NCBI GenBank assembly: GCA_030696105.1
Contig: JAUYNJ010000005.1
Span: 77,678-141,677, forward strand
Direction of reading: 5' to 3'
From: a bacterium
Lineage (GTDB): Bacteria > Patescibacteriota > Patescibacteriia > Patescibacteriales > UBA12465
DNA: 64,000 nucleotides
Position numbers and translations under genes: made by a program. Shown one piece after another: positions 36,793-46,858 of the stretch (positions are counted from its first letter, which is position 1; the number at the start of each line of letters is the position of its first letter). Below the pieces are notes generated by a model. That model was not told the DNA's origin and searched no databases. It was given only the letters and a program-made list of their open reading frames with translations.

Positions 36793-38010
36793 TTATTTCC
36801 TCTTCACGTTTAATGTTTCTTCGTATATTTTTATTAACTGCTCGTAGTGCCAGTTCTCATCTTTACTCAGGCGGCTCTCCCTGGCTTTTTGGCCCATCCT
36901 TCTGGCCGCATCCTCATCAAGTTTATCTAAACAGGCACTGAGCTCCTGGTGGTTATTAGCGGTAAATAGCAGTCCGTCGTCACCATCTACAACCAACTCT
37001 TGCAGGCCGCCGATTTTAGCGGCGATGACTGCTTTACCAGACATCATGGCTTCAATGCCCGCTAAGGGCATATTCTCAGGCCAGCGCGATGGTATAACCA
37101 CCGCTCGCGACTCATCGATTGTTTGTTGTAGCTGACTGCCGCCGAGTTTGCCCGTGAACTTTACATTCACCCCCAACTCGGTCGCGAGTTGTTTAAGATT
37201 TTCTTCAGCCTTCCCTTCACCGGCGATGACTATTTTTGCCCTTGATAGTGCAGCCGCTCGTAGCAAGGTATCAATTCCCTTTTCTTCTTCCAAGGCGCCA
37301 AAGTATAAGAAATAGTCGCCGTAGGTATTGGTTGGTGTCGCATTAGAAATGGAGCCAATATTCTCTAGTATTCGAAACTGCTCTTTATGCCAGCCAAACT
37401 CAACACAAACATCACGCATAAAACGACTTGGAGCGATAAACAATTTTACCTTATCGCGATATATGTGCTTGATGGTGTGATGGACGTACATCTCGATGGC
37501 TGCTACCGCGCTTTTACCGGAACTGTTTTCGACACAGCGGTGAGCAATACACTGCCAATATTTCTGTTTCTGACAACGTCGACATTCTTGGCCCTGAGCA
37601 TATAGCTTATAGTTGGGGCAAATGAGCTTGTAGTCGTGCAAGTGCATGGTAACGGGAACCTTGGCGCTCTTAGCGGCTTCAAGAATGGAAGGCGATAACT
37701 GATGGTAGATGTTATGGCAATGAATCAGATCGGGCTTAAAATCTATCAGTAGACGCGAAAACTGACGCTTTGCTTCCCGGTTATATATTATTTTAGAAGC
37801 AACACTAAGTTGGTCTAGTAATTTTGTGGCGTGTAAATTAACGTGTTCAGAAAAGAAATTCGAATCAGCCGAAGGTAGATTGAGTGCCGACGACATCGCA
37901 AAAACTCGGACTTCGTGCCCCTTAGAACGCAGCAATTTTTCAAGATATAGAAAATATTTATCGGCGCCCCGATTAGGATAATAGAACTTGTTGACCAGCA
38001 GTATTTTCAT
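36793..38010 (-). CDS. GT4-family glycosyltransferase with Cys-rich insert
   Basis: 'MKILLVNKFYYPNRGADKYF...', insert 'CPNYKLYAQGQECRRCQKQKYWQCIAHRC', C-terminal 'PSRWPENMPLAGIEAM'. Confidence 0.85.
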   Translation of the reverse strand: MKILLVNKFYYPNRGADKYFLYLEKLLRSKGHEVRVFAMSSALNLPSADSNFFSEHVNLHATKLLDQLSVASKIIYNREAKRQFSRLLIDFKPDLIHCHNIYHQLSPSILEAAKSAKVPVTMHLHDYKLICPNYKLYAQGQECRRCQKQKYWQCIAHRCVENSSGKSAVAAIEMYVHHTIKHIYRDKVKLFIAPSRFMRDVCVEFGWHKEQFRILENIGSISNATPTNTYGDYFLYFGALEEEKGIDTLLRAAALSRAKIVIAGEGKAEENLKQLATELGVNVKFTGKLGGSQLQQTIDESRAVVIPSRWPENMPLAGIEAMMSGKAVIAAKIGGLQELVVDGDDGLLFTANNHQELSACLDKLDEDAARRMGQKARESRLSKDENWHYEQLIKIYEETLNVKRK

Positions 38011-38077
38011 AATTTCTTTACCTTTTGAAAATATTAGGCTAAAATTATATTAATAATATCCTAATTATAACACAAAG

Positions 38078-39445
38078 ATGCAGCTAGCTCAATTTCAGAT
38101 GCCGACAAGCTCTGAGAAACAGTTTAAGTTAATCATGCTGGTGCCACTTATATTGGCGGCATTTGTGATACCTTTTCTGTCTATGGCTACCCCTGATAAA
38201 CTTTTAAGTTTATCAATCTTGTGTATTCTCGGTCTCGGCATTTTTAATTTGCGTGCAGCTTTCTTACTTGTTATTTTTTTGCGACCTTTAATTGACCTGA
38301 CGGTTAACCGTGTGTTATTTAGCGTCAACGATATCACAGTTAATGTCCTTAGTGTTTTTGGTCTTACTTTGATTTTGTTGGCTTTCTTATTACCCCTTCA
38401 ACACGGCTTTAGTTTTAAGGCCTTAAGAAAGGAGCCAATTTTTTACTCATGGATCTTGTTTATCGCCATTGGATTTATTTCTTTGTTCTCCTCTTTTTAC
38501 CCGTCTGAGACGATAAAGGAGCTGTTGCGATTTTTAAGCATTTTTGCTGCATTTGTTTTTGGCGTATTTTTGTTTGCTTCTCCTAAGCAGATGGAGGTAT
38601 TAATTAAAGTGCTTATTTGGTCGGCGCTTCCTACTGCCATACTATCTTTAAATCAAATAATTAATTCAACCGGCCTTCCTGAGGGCACGATTTATCGCGT
38701 GTTTGGTAGTATGACTCACCCAAACATGCTTGCCTTCTATCTCTTGTTGCCAATTTTTCTTTGCGTTTTCTTGCTTTTGAGTTTGAAGCGGACGCGACTT
38801 GATGTTTATTTATATTCCTTCCTTGGCTTGTTCTATATTACTATTCTGTTTTTTACCTATACCCGCGGCGCCTATCTCGCACTGCTCGTTACTTTTCTAA
38901 TTGTTGGTGTCGTTAAGTTTAAGAAATTTCTTGTCGTTGGAGCCTTCGTCCTACTCTTTGCCTATATTGTTACACCTTCTCTTCAAGAGCGCTTTAATAG
39001 TATTTTTCAGGCCAATCCCTATGGATCACTCAGCTGGCGCATAAGTCTCTGGCGAGACGGTTATAATTATTTTCTTGATCGCCCTTGGCAAGGATACGGA
39101 CTTGGTACTGCCGAAAGGATTGTGGCGGCTAATCGCGACTTTAGACTTGGCTCCCCTGACCCGCATAATGATTATTTACGTATTGCTTTAGACGGCGGCC
39201 TTCCTTTGCTCGCTGCCCATTTGCTCACCGCATTCTTGCTAATCTGGTTCGCAGCTCTAGCATTTTTCAGGGAGCATCGTCCTAAGCTTAAAAACTTCTT
39301 TCTGTTCTTTGCCGCTTTTTCCCTTTCAGTATACTTAGCGGCCTTCGGTGACAATATTATCAATGACACTGCCTTACAATGGCACTGGTGGACTCTAGCG
39401 GGGGCGGCCCTGGCTGTCGTTAGGCGTCGAGCAGATTTTGTTTAA
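38078..39445 (+). CDS. O-antigen ligase/polymerase-like (Wzy_C) membrane protein
   Basis: At least 10 TM helices, 'YTRGAYLALLV', and periplasmic-loop 'PHNDYLRIALDGGLPLL'. Confidence 0.8.
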   Translation: MQLAQFQMPTSSEKQFKLIMLVPLILAAFVIPFLSMATPDKLLSLSILCILGLGIFNLRAAFLLVIFLRPLIDLTVNRVLFSVNDITVNVLSVFGLTLILLAFLLPLQHGFSFKALRKEPIFYSWILFIAIGFISLFSSFYPSETIKELLRFLSIFAAFVFGVFLFASPKQMEVLIKVLIWSALPTAILSLNQIINSTGLPEGTIYRVFGSMTHPNMLAFYLLLPIFLCVFLLLSLKRTRLDVYLYSFLGLFYITILFFTYTRGAYLALLVTFLIVGVVKFKKFLVVGAFVLLFAYIVTPSLQERFNSIFQANPYGSLSWRISLWRDGYNYFLDRPWQGYGLGTAERIVAANRDFRLGSPDPHNDYLRIALDGGLPLLAAHLLTAFLLIWFAALAFFREHRPKLKNFFLFFAAFSLSVYLAAFGDNIINDTALQWHWWTLAGAALAVVRRRADFV

Positions 39446-39463
39446 TTGCATTTCGTATTTTTT

Positions 39464-39494
39464 AAAAGCCTGTATTTGTTATACAGGCTTTTGT
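39464..39494. terminator. bidirectional terminator between convergent genes
   Basis: aagcctgta-N7-tacaggctt, flanked by A and T runs. Confidence 0.8.
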
Positions 39495-39512
39495 TATGTG
39501 CGAGCGTCACTA

Positions 39513-40604
39513 TTACTTAGTGCGCTTAGTTCCGTCTTTATATTCGATATGGCTTTTTTTCTCAGTCAAACTAACGAAGACTGTGCCGTTCTCGAAGGCG
39601 CGACTGATGAAACCTTTTTCGATTTTGGCGATTCCCTTTGGCTTGCCGAGCTTCAGGTCAAACTTTTTATCATACATCGTGTTCTGCCCGACACAGAGAA
39701 AGAGATTATCTCTTAATCTTGCGCTGCAAGCACCGTAGAAATAATCCTCGGTACGCGGATTGACGATGGCGAATTTGAAGTTACTGGCGATACTTAAATT
39801 TGTACGTAAGTCGCTTCTTCCGCCGAGGTTATGATACTCGTAAGGAAAGTCCTCGAGCTGTTTACAGTCTGTTTCTTTGATATAGCTTAGGTTGCCAGGA
39901 TTTGTGATGATAAAGAAATCTTTACCCTTGGCCTTGCGGATTGTTTGCAAGTAAGTGCGCATACCGCTGGTCCAAGTTTTATTAATTTCTTTATAATTAC
40001 GATCCGGTTTTCCATTAGCGTCAAAGTCGAAGCCTCTATTACCCCTATAAGTTGCGAGCCAGCTAATACCGACGGAATCATCACCCCAAGCGTTATCAAC
40101 TAAACAGCCATTAATGCGGGGGTCATCAAGGATTTCGAGATATTTCGAAGCAATCCATTCATGGTAGTTTTTGCCGTCATATTTTGGGCTATCACTACGC
40201 ATATCTAGCGCTTTCATGCCCTTCCAAGCACCGATGTTTTTGCCGTCAGGTTGTTTGATCCACCATTGCGGCTTTTTCTTCAGCTCTGCGAGTAGCTTTA
40301 TACTCCACGGTTTGTCCGGAAACATAGGGTCGAATATCTCTGTTTGATTGAGATAAACATAGAGCTGAAGTTCTGCGTTTAGTTTCAACATAGCATCAAT
40401 AACTCGTGGGTTATTGATGAAGTTCTCATAGTCTAAGACTATAAAATCATAGGGCGCGAGTCCTATGGCCTGAGCGTCAGTCATCGTGGGCAAGTACCAA
40501 AGTACACCCATGTACTGTTTTTCTGGTCGGAGTGTCTTAAAGGTTAGCGATATATGCAGCATAGCCGCGATAAATATCGTTGCAAGAAGCGTTATTTTCT
40601 TCAT
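39513..40604 (-). CDS. secreted GHL15-like putative glycoside hydrolase (paralog of the N-terminal domain of 18542-20536)
   Basis: Signal peptide. 'APYDFIVLDYENFINNPRVIDAMLKLNAELQLYVYLNQTEIFDP' parallels 'ARWDLLILDMEIQENNPELIVLIRKLNPNVKILAYITSQEIIDNP'. Confidence 0.6.
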   Translation of the reverse strand: MKKITLLATIFIAAMLHISLTFKTLRPEKQYMGVLWYLPTMTDAQAIGLAPYDFIVLDYENFINNPRVIDAMLKLNAELQLYVYLNQTEIFDPMFPDKPWSIKLLAELKKKPQWWIKQPDGKNIGAWKGMKALDMRSDSPKYDGKNYHEWIASKYLEILDDPRINGCLVDNAWGDDSVGISWLATYRGNRGFDFDANGKPDRNYKEINKTWTSGMRTYLQTIRKAKGKDFFIITNPGNLSYIKETDCKQLEDFPYEYHNLGGRSDLRTNLSIASNFKFAIVNPRTEDYFYGACSARLRDNLFLCVGQNTMYDKKFDLKLGKPKGIAKIEKGFISRAFENGTVFVSLTEKKSHIEYKDGTKRTK

Positions 40605-40661
40605 TTTCTGTTTTTTTTGTTTAATTGTTAAAGAATTTCCGTTAATCTTAATATAAAAAGA

Positions 40662-42578
40662 TTAATTAGTCAATATTTGGAAATTCTGTGAGCTTTCCAG
40701 TTGTCCTGACCAATCTGCTCCCTGCCCCCCTTTTTCAGATATTGGGCTTGAGCTAATAATCTCTTTAACGGGCTCTATTGATACATTCAAGCTTTCAATT
40801 CTACTTCCCGGTTGTCTCTGCACATAGAGTGTATAAACTTTGTCGTCAGTCAGGCGCTGGCCTAAGCTTGGCGGTAGCTCATAATTAACACTGACCTGGC
40901 GACTGCTGCCTGGTTCTACGCTCCAGAAAAAACCAAACACGTGCTTGCCCAGTGCGTCGTCATCATAGCTGGAAACATCGGTCTCGCTGTTGTTTAAGCC
41001 ATCAATACTGATTAATTTGCTACCAAGAGGCGCGAGTACGCGTGTATAGCTCCGATACCTCGTTGTGCGCCAGTCAAAGCCACCATCATGACGATAGTTT
41101 AAGGTGGCAGTGGCCTGCAAGCTTGCTCCTTGTTTAAGCTTGTATGAAATTCTTTTCGACATCACGGCGTCACTTTTAAAAGCAGCGAGATTGGCGTCAA
41201 CAACCATCAGGTAATCACCACTCACTGTCTCTATGCTTCCATCCGCTCCAAGAGCAGTGGCAACGGTTTGTCTTCCGGGATTACCAAAGTACATTAGCAA
41301 ATCTCCTCTGGTTATACTTTTGGTAATGACTTCGGCGAGCTCGGGGTAACGACTTAGCGGCAGGCTCATTAATCTATCTTTTAGTTCTGATATTAAGTCA
41401 TTAATAATATCCTTTCTATCCCAGGAAGAAATGTCATCATCTTTGTAAGCTATTTCAACATTGTACTGTAATAGCGCTTGCATGTTTTCCGGTGCATACG
41501 TTTCGCCTCTGACTGTAATTGGTCCGGTGAGCCGCAAGAGGTTGGCAACTAAGTCTGGTGTGATAGCGAGTACGCCATCAAGCGCCGGTTCGCTTTGTCC
41601 GGCGGCCGCGCTTTCTAGGGCATACATTTCCTTAATTAGGCGCGCTGATGTTGGCCAATCAGGTGACCAGTTTGAGTCACGCAGGTATAAGTTTTTAACG
41701 TTTAAATAACTTGTTATCGGTGTCGGTGCTTCATAAACTACTTTACCAATTGAGGGCATGTCAAGATGGTAAATATCATTAGCTTCAAGTTTTTTAATTT
41801 CACCGAAATCCGCAATATCAACACGCACATAACTGCCTAAGAAGCCGCCCGTCGGCCTGAGTTCGTCATTGTTTTGCAGCATGATTAAGTAATGCACTTG
41901 TGATGGGTAGCCGGTAAAAGCGGGCAGAAGCCGCATTATTGGAATAGAGCGCGCTAAAAGGATTTTTCCGGCTGCTAACTGATCCCGTATCTCGTCTAGA
42001 CGCTTATTAAAGGGTGAAAGGATGCCGTAGCGATGAATACGATCAAGATTATAGATTGCTAAACTCACATTTGCCTTCAGGCCATTTAATTCGGGTTCAA
42101 GGGCAATTAAGCTTTGTAGGATTGCTGCCTTGCGTTCAGTGCTCAAATCTCCAAATTTACCCTGTCCTAGAGCAGCTAAATCAAGATTTGAGGCTAAATC
42201 AGCTGCCTGAGCCGCGCTGGCGGAAATAATTAAGGCGCTGTCATTTAAGTGCTGCAAATCATTAAGCTGCGCTCTGCCTAAACCAATTCTGGCTGGTAGC
42301 CAGGATGTGCGTAAAGCCTCAATTTCTTGAGCACTGGCGGTGAATGCACTTTGTCCTTGTTCTAATTTCACCTTAGCCTCATCCCAGTTCTGAGCTCGAA
42401 AATCGTTCAGCGCGAGGTTTAATAAACTCTGTCCGCGCATGGCTTCAGCGGCAAAGCCTTGCCAGTGCTTCCAGCTGATAAGAAAGCTAATAACAACCAC
42501 AAAAAAAATCACCCCTAGGGCAATCAAAAAGTAGCGCAAAAAAGTCTTCACATAAACTAACCAGTGTGTGTTTGTCAT
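40662..42578 (-). CDS. DUF4012-domain membrane-anchored protein
   Basis: N-terminal TM helix and 'YLIMLQNNDELRPTGGFLGSY', matching the DUF4012 signature from memory. Confidence 0.75.
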   Translation of the reverse strand: MTNTHWLVYVKTFLRYFLIALGVIFFVVVISFLISWKHWQGFAAEAMRGQSLLNLALNDFRAQNWDEAKVKLEQGQSAFTASAQEIEALRTSWLPARIGLGRAQLNDLQHLNDSALIISASAAQAADLASNLDLAALGQGKFGDLSTERKAAILQSLIALEPELNGLKANVSLAIYNLDRIHRYGILSPFNKRLDEIRDQLAAGKILLARSIPIMRLLPAFTGYPSQVHYLIMLQNNDELRPTGGFLGSYVRVDIADFGEIKKLEANDIYHLDMPSIGKVVYEAPTPITSYLNVKNLYLRDSNWSPDWPTSARLIKEMYALESAAAGQSEPALDGVLAITPDLVANLLRLTGPITVRGETYAPENMQALLQYNVEIAYKDDDISSWDRKDIINDLISELKDRLMSLPLSRYPELAEVITKSITRGDLLMYFGNPGRQTVATALGADGSIETVSGDYLMVVDANLAAFKSDAVMSKRISYKLKQGASLQATATLNYRHDGGFDWRTTRYRSYTRVLAPLGSKLISIDGLNNSETDVSSYDDDALGKHVFGFFWSVEPGSSRQVSVNYELPPSLGQRLTDDKVYTLYVQRQPGSRIESLNVSIEPVKEIISSSPISEKGGQGADWSGQLESSQNFQILTN

Positions 42579-43222
42579 AATGTAGTATTTACACTTTCAT
42601 CTTCACTTGGTTCGATGACCTTAAGATGTCGGCTCTGTCTTATTTTATGTAAGAAAATGTCGTTAATTTGTGTACGATAATCATATTCATCTTCATCCAT
42701 TAAGGTGTAGTTAATTTCTTTGTTTAAATCAGCTTCAAGAGTGTGCAGTCGTTTTAAGAAGGCATCTTTCTTGATTTTGCCGACTGCCAGTAAGTCAGTC
42801 GGTGAGCTCAGGTCACCCGTGAACAAGCCGCTCAGCCACATGCGTTTAATATCCCCGGCAGTGGAGACTTCCTTAATAAAATCGCGGCAGGATAGCAAAT
42901 TAGCTTTAGCAAACAAGCTTTTTAATTCATTAAATAATAGAAAGTCGCGATCAACTACTAAATATTTCTTTTCGTTCTTATTGACTTTAGTTTCAGTTTC
43001 ACCGCTTGCCTTCTTTTTAATACCCATGCTCTTTACAGCCGGAGCTTCCTCTAATTTTAAAAGACCGATGGCTTGGAGGTTTTCCAGTTCCCTTCTTACT
43101 GAGTTTACCTGAAGATCCAAGTCACGCGCCAATTGTCGAGTATAATATTTTTGTTCAGGCTTACTCAGAAAAGTCTTTAGAATTTTTACCCGAGCGTTTG
43201 AGCCAAAAATTTGAGCGAGCAT
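42575..43222 (-). CDS. winged-helix (ArsR-like) DNA-binding protein
   Basis: 'ARVKILKTFLSKPEQKYYTRQLARDLDLQVNSVRRELENLQAIGLL'. Its stop overlaps the DUF4012 start by 4 nt (ATGA). Confidence 0.6.
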   Translation of the reverse strand: MLAQIFGSNARVKILKTFLSKPEQKYYTRQLARDLDLQVNSVRRELENLQAIGLLKLEEAPAVKSMGIKKKASGETETKVNKNEKKYLVVDRDFLLFNELKSLFAKANLLSCRDFIKEVSTAGDIKRMWLSGLFTGDLSSPTDLLAVGKIKKDAFLKRLHTLEADLNKEINYTLMDEDEYDYRTQINDIFLHKIRQSRHLKVIEPSEDESVNTTL

Positions 43223-43375
43223 ATTGTTGAATAATCGCTTATTTAGAGCGATAGGCGCCCTAACTTTAAAGTGATTTCAGGTCTTTTACTTTATTTCTTT
43301 ATGTATTTATAGTATAATATAAAGCGTGAAGAGTCAACCAAAATAGGCTCTTTTAGCGTAAGATTTAAGTTATCT

Positions 43376-45622
43376 ATGCATTACAAAATTGCCTCCTTAG
43401 TCCTTAATGCCAGTAAGCATTTAAACGGCTGCCGTGAAGTTCACATCACACAGCCTGATGCCGTCAAAGAAAATTTGGCCGGCAAGCTTTTTATTTTAGC
43501 AGAAATTGACGGCAAGAAGACCGAGGTTAAGAAGGTAACCGATTTTATCTCTGAGAGTTTAGATGAATTTTATTATAATGATGAAAAGATATTTCTGCTT
43601 GATAAGATTGAAGGCTTAACTCTGGAAAATATTTTTGAAGCAGCGCTCGCTAAGCTTAATAAGGCTTTACTTGAATTCCTGGCAGAAGAAAAAATTCATT
43701 TACACGCTGAAGATACAAACTTAGTCATTGGTCTCTTGTTTGAAAACAATTTGTACTTCTCTAATTTTGGTCGCAACAAGGCCTTCTTAATTTACAAACG
43801 GCAGGATGATTACGATATTATTAACGTTGAAACGAGCGCGTCTGACGCTGAAGATAATAGCGTCTTAAGCTCTGCTGGTCCTAAATTCTTCTCCTCGGTT
43901 ATTACTGGTAAAATACCGCCCTCTTCATATTTCTTATTCTGTAATGAGGTTTTGCCTGAGTATTTATCAAATAAAGACTTAATAACCATTATCACCAAGT
44001 TGCCACCGATGGTGGCAGCTGAGCAGATTAAAAGCGCCTTAAGTAAGGTAAATACATACGTTCCCTTCCTTGGCATTATCGTAAAAAATACCTATGGCTT
44101 ATCGGCCTCTGACTTAAAAGAAGATTTAGGTACAGAAATTTCACAATCAGCACATAATTCAATTTCGCATTTGAATTATACAGAGAGAAGGACCGAACAA
44201 ATGCTGGCCCCGGCTGGTTTGGTAAACTGGAGTAAATTCGGTAAGTTTTTTGCTCGTGATAAAAAAAAGACCGCAAACAAAAGTGCATTGAAAATGAAAT
44301 CCTCCTCTGATTCCGTTGCCAGTCTGCCACCGCTTAGTCGTCAAATGACGGTTTCCGCCTCACGGATGATTAAGGAAAAAATGGCTTTTGGTCGCAGTCA
44401 CTCAAATATTATCGACGGTTTTAAAACGGTGGGCATGACGCTAATAAATATCTTTAATCCGATTTTTTGGAAGCAATCATATTCTCGAGGACGTGTTTGG
44501 TTAAGTTCGCTCCATCCTCGCAGTCGTTCAATGTTCATACTCCTTGGCGCGGTTGCTGTCATTCTTGTCGGTAGCATTGTTTTAACTGTAATAAATAACG
44601 GTAAAAAGGCTAGTGCTGAGGAATTTGTGCGCATGGTCGATGATCTTGAAGAAAAGAAAAGCATGATTGAGTCATATCTTTTATATGACAATCAGGAAGG
44701 CGCTAAAACAGTTATCGGCCAAAGCTTGGCGGCTATTGATGCGATTGTAGTTAAGGGTGATGAGCAAACGGCCCAGCGCGATAAATTAAGATCAGAACTC
44801 GAGGTTCTGAGAGCTAAGGTACAGAAGCTAACTACCGTTGAAAACCCGGAGCTTCTTGGTGACTTCAATTCTAATAATACTTCAGCGGAAACTCGTAATT
44901 TAATTATAGATGGTGACAAAGCATATGCAGCCGACCCCGCCGGAAAAGCAGTCTACACTTTAGACTTAAAAAACAAAACTGTAGCAAGCCTCTTAATTAA
45001 CGGCGACATTAGCGCTCTTGATAAGCCAGTTGTTTGGGAAGATTTTATTTACTATTTAAATGCAAATCAATTAATTAAATTGAATCCGGAAAACGGCACC
45101 AACTCAATTCTTAGCATCGCTAACGTTGGCGCTGACGACAGAATTGATGCTTTCCAATTCTACAATAATACCCGCGACTATTTATATCTGCTCATGGCTG
45201 ATGTCAGTAAGTTATATCGCCTAAGCCCTGGCGCCGGTGGTTACACTGGTCGCATTGATTGGATGAATGATGAAACTGCTTTAGGCGACGCAGTTTCGAT
45301 GGCCATCAATAATGATATCTTTGTGCTCCGTGGTAATGGTCAAATTACTCGACTGAAGGCTGGTCGTCGTGTTGACTTCGCATTAGAGTCAATTGATCCT
45401 AAACTCGAGAATGCTTCCTTACTACGTGAAGTAAATAGCAAGCTTTATATTCTTGATAAGAATAGCAAGCGCTTATTGATATTTAACTTCGAGGGTAAGC
45501 TTATCTGGCAGTACCGTTTGTCGAGCCTTAATAATATTAAGGACTTCAGTCTAAGCGCTGATCAAAAAACCGCTTACTTCTTAAACGACAATTCCCTTTA
45601 TCAAATATCTCTTGAGAGATAA
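43376..45622 (+). CDS. hypothetical bitopic protein: degenerate PP2C-like N-terminal domain, TM helix, coiled coil, beta-propeller-like C-terminus
   Basis: 'NLVIGLLFENNLYFSNFGRNKAFLIY' resembles the PP2C 'vanvGDSRayl' block but lacks the acidic residues. TM helix 'MFILLGAVAVILVGSIVLTVI'. Confidence 0.5.
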   Translation: MHYKIASLVLNASKHLNGCREVHITQPDAVKENLAGKLFILAEIDGKKTEVKKVTDFISESLDEFYYNDEKIFLLDKIEGLTLENIFEAALAKLNKALLEFLAEEKIHLHAEDTNLVIGLLFENNLYFSNFGRNKAFLIYKRQDDYDIINVETSASDAEDNSVLSSAGPKFFSSVITGKIPPSSYFLFCNEVLPEYLSNKDLITIITKLPPMVAAEQIKSALSKVNTYVPFLGIIVKNTYGLSASDLKEDLGTEISQSAHNSISHLNYTERRTEQMLAPAGLVNWSKFGKFFARDKKKTANKSALKMKSSSDSVASLPPLSRQMTVSASRMIKEKMAFGRSHSNIIDGFKTVGMTLINIFNPIFWKQSYSRGRVWLSSLHPRSRSMFILLGAVAVILVGSIVLTVINNGKKASAEEFVRMVDDLEEKKSMIESYLLYDNQEGAKTVIGQSLAAIDAIVVKGDEQTAQRDKLRSELEVLRAKVQKLTTVENPELLGDFNSNNTSAETRNLIIDGDKAYAADPAGKAVYTLDLKNKTVASLLINGDISALDKPVVWEDFIYYLNANQLIKLNPENGTNSILSIANVGADDRIDAFQFYNNTRDYLYLLMADVSKLYRLSPGAGGYTGRIDWMNDETALGDAVSMAINNDIFVLRGNGQITRLKAGRRVDFALESIDPKLENASLLREVNSKLYILDKNSKRLLIFNFEGKLIWQYRLSSLNNIKDFSLSADQKTAYFLNDNSLYQISLER

Positions 45623-45635
45623 TTTACGGATAACA

Positions 45636-45666
45636 AAAAGCCCGCTAGATAAGCGGGCTTTTTTGA
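45636..45666. terminator. bidirectional terminator between the 43376 gene (+) and rplL (-)
   Basis: aaaagcccgc-N7-gcgggctttt. Confidence 0.85.
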
Positions 45667-45680
45667 TATATACGGTGTTC

Positions 45681-46100
45681 TTATTTCAAAGTTACTTTGC
45701 CGCCAGCTTCCTCTAATTTCTTCTTTAAAGCTTCAGCTTCGTCCTTCTTTAAACCTTCTTTTAAGACCTTAGGAGCGCCGTCTACTAAATCTTTAGCTTC
45801 CTTAAGACCCATTTCAGTTACTTCGCGAACAACCTTGATGACGCTGATTTTGTTTGCGCCAGCATCGGTCAATTCGACGTCGAAGCTATCCTTCTCTTCA
45901 ACAGCGGCAGCGCCTGCGCCAGCACCAGGAGCCATCATCATGGCAGGAGCAGCAGAGGAAACACCAAACTTTTTTTCGAGGATCTTTACTAATTCAGCAA
46001 GATCTAAAACGCTCATCTTTTCGATTTCGGTGACTAAGCTCTGGAACTTAGCCGGTACCACTACTTCTTCAGTAGCGTCATTCTTTGTTTCTTCGGACAT
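45681..46100 (-). CDS. rplL: 50S ribosomal protein L7/L12
   Basis: Ala-rich hinge and '[53 protein letters not shown]'. Confidence 0.95.
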   Translation of the reverse strand: MSEETKNDATEEVVVPAKFQSLVTEIEKMSVLDLAELVKILEKKFGVSSAAPAMMMAPGAGAGAAAVEEKDSFDVELTDAGANKISVIKVVREVTEMGLKEAKDLVDGAPKVLKEGLKKDEAEALKKKLEEAGGKVTLK

Positions 46101-46126
46101 AAATTTTGATAAAAATTATAAATTAA

Positions 46127-46651
46127 TTATTTTTTCTCACTTACAGCTTTTAATACATAAACGAGATTGCGGAGGTTGCCGGCTAATGCGTTAACAAAAC
46201 CGGAGACTGGGGCGTTAATAGAGCCCACCAACTTGGCATACAACTCAGTCTTACTTGGTAATTTAGCAACGGCTTCGATTTCTTCCTTTGAAAGCAGTTT
46301 GCCTTCGAGGATTCCGCCGAGGAAGTATAGCTTTTCAGCCTTATCCTTACGGAAAGTATCGATAACTTTTGCGGCTGCAACTTCATCTCCGTAGGAGAAA
46401 ACGGCTGCAATCTTACCATCAAGACTTTTTGAGTCCAAGCTGTCCAAACCTTGATTCTTAAAGGCAAGATTCAATAAAGTTTTCTTCGCAACGTAGTATT
46501 CGCCGTTTTCCTGACGTAACTGATCGCGTAAAGCTTCATTGTCCTTCACCCCTAAGGCGTTAAAGCCAGCAAAGACGATTGATTTGGCATCTCCAATCTT
46601 CTTTTGCAAGCTCCGCAGGATTTCCTGCTTCTGGACTTTGCTTTTTGGCAT
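46127..46651 (-). CDS. rplJ: 50S ribosomal protein L10
   Basis: 174-aa L10-like sequence immediately upstream of rplL. Confidence 0.93.
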   Translation of the reverse strand: MPKSKVQKQEILRSLQKKIGDAKSIVFAGFNALGVKDNEALRDQLRQENGEYYVAKKTLLNLAFKNQGLDSLDSKSLDGKIAAVFSYGDEVAAAKVIDTFRKDKAEKLYFLGGILEGKLLSKEEIEAVAKLPSKTELYAKLVGSINAPVSGFVNALAGNLRNLVYVLKAVSEKK

Positions 46652-46702
46652 AATATTTTTATAAGCGTTTTTTAAGCGCTTGGTTTATAAGTACATTTAA
46701 AT

Positions 46703-46728
46703 AAAAAAATCTGTGGGACGACCACAGA
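46703..46728 (-). promoter_or_regulatory. terminator-like hairpin in the rplJ leader (candidate L10-leader attenuator)
   Basis: Minus strand reads tctgtgg-tcgtc-ccacaga followed by ttttttt, about 52 nt upstream of the rplJ ATG and downstream of the promoter. Confidence 0.5.
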
Positions 46729-46818
46729 GCATAAAATAAGCTAGTATTAGCTTCATTTACCTCGGCAAGACTTATCTTTATGCTTGCTGTCTATGGTAAT
46801 CTATTGATTTATGTTTAT

Positions 46819-46846
46819 ATATTAGCAGACTACACGCCTATGTCAA
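46819..46846 (-). promoter_or_regulatory. promoter of rplJ-rplL
   Basis: Minus strand reads TTGACA-N16-TAATAT. Confidence 0.6.
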
Positions 46847-46858
46847 GGAGGATATGAA

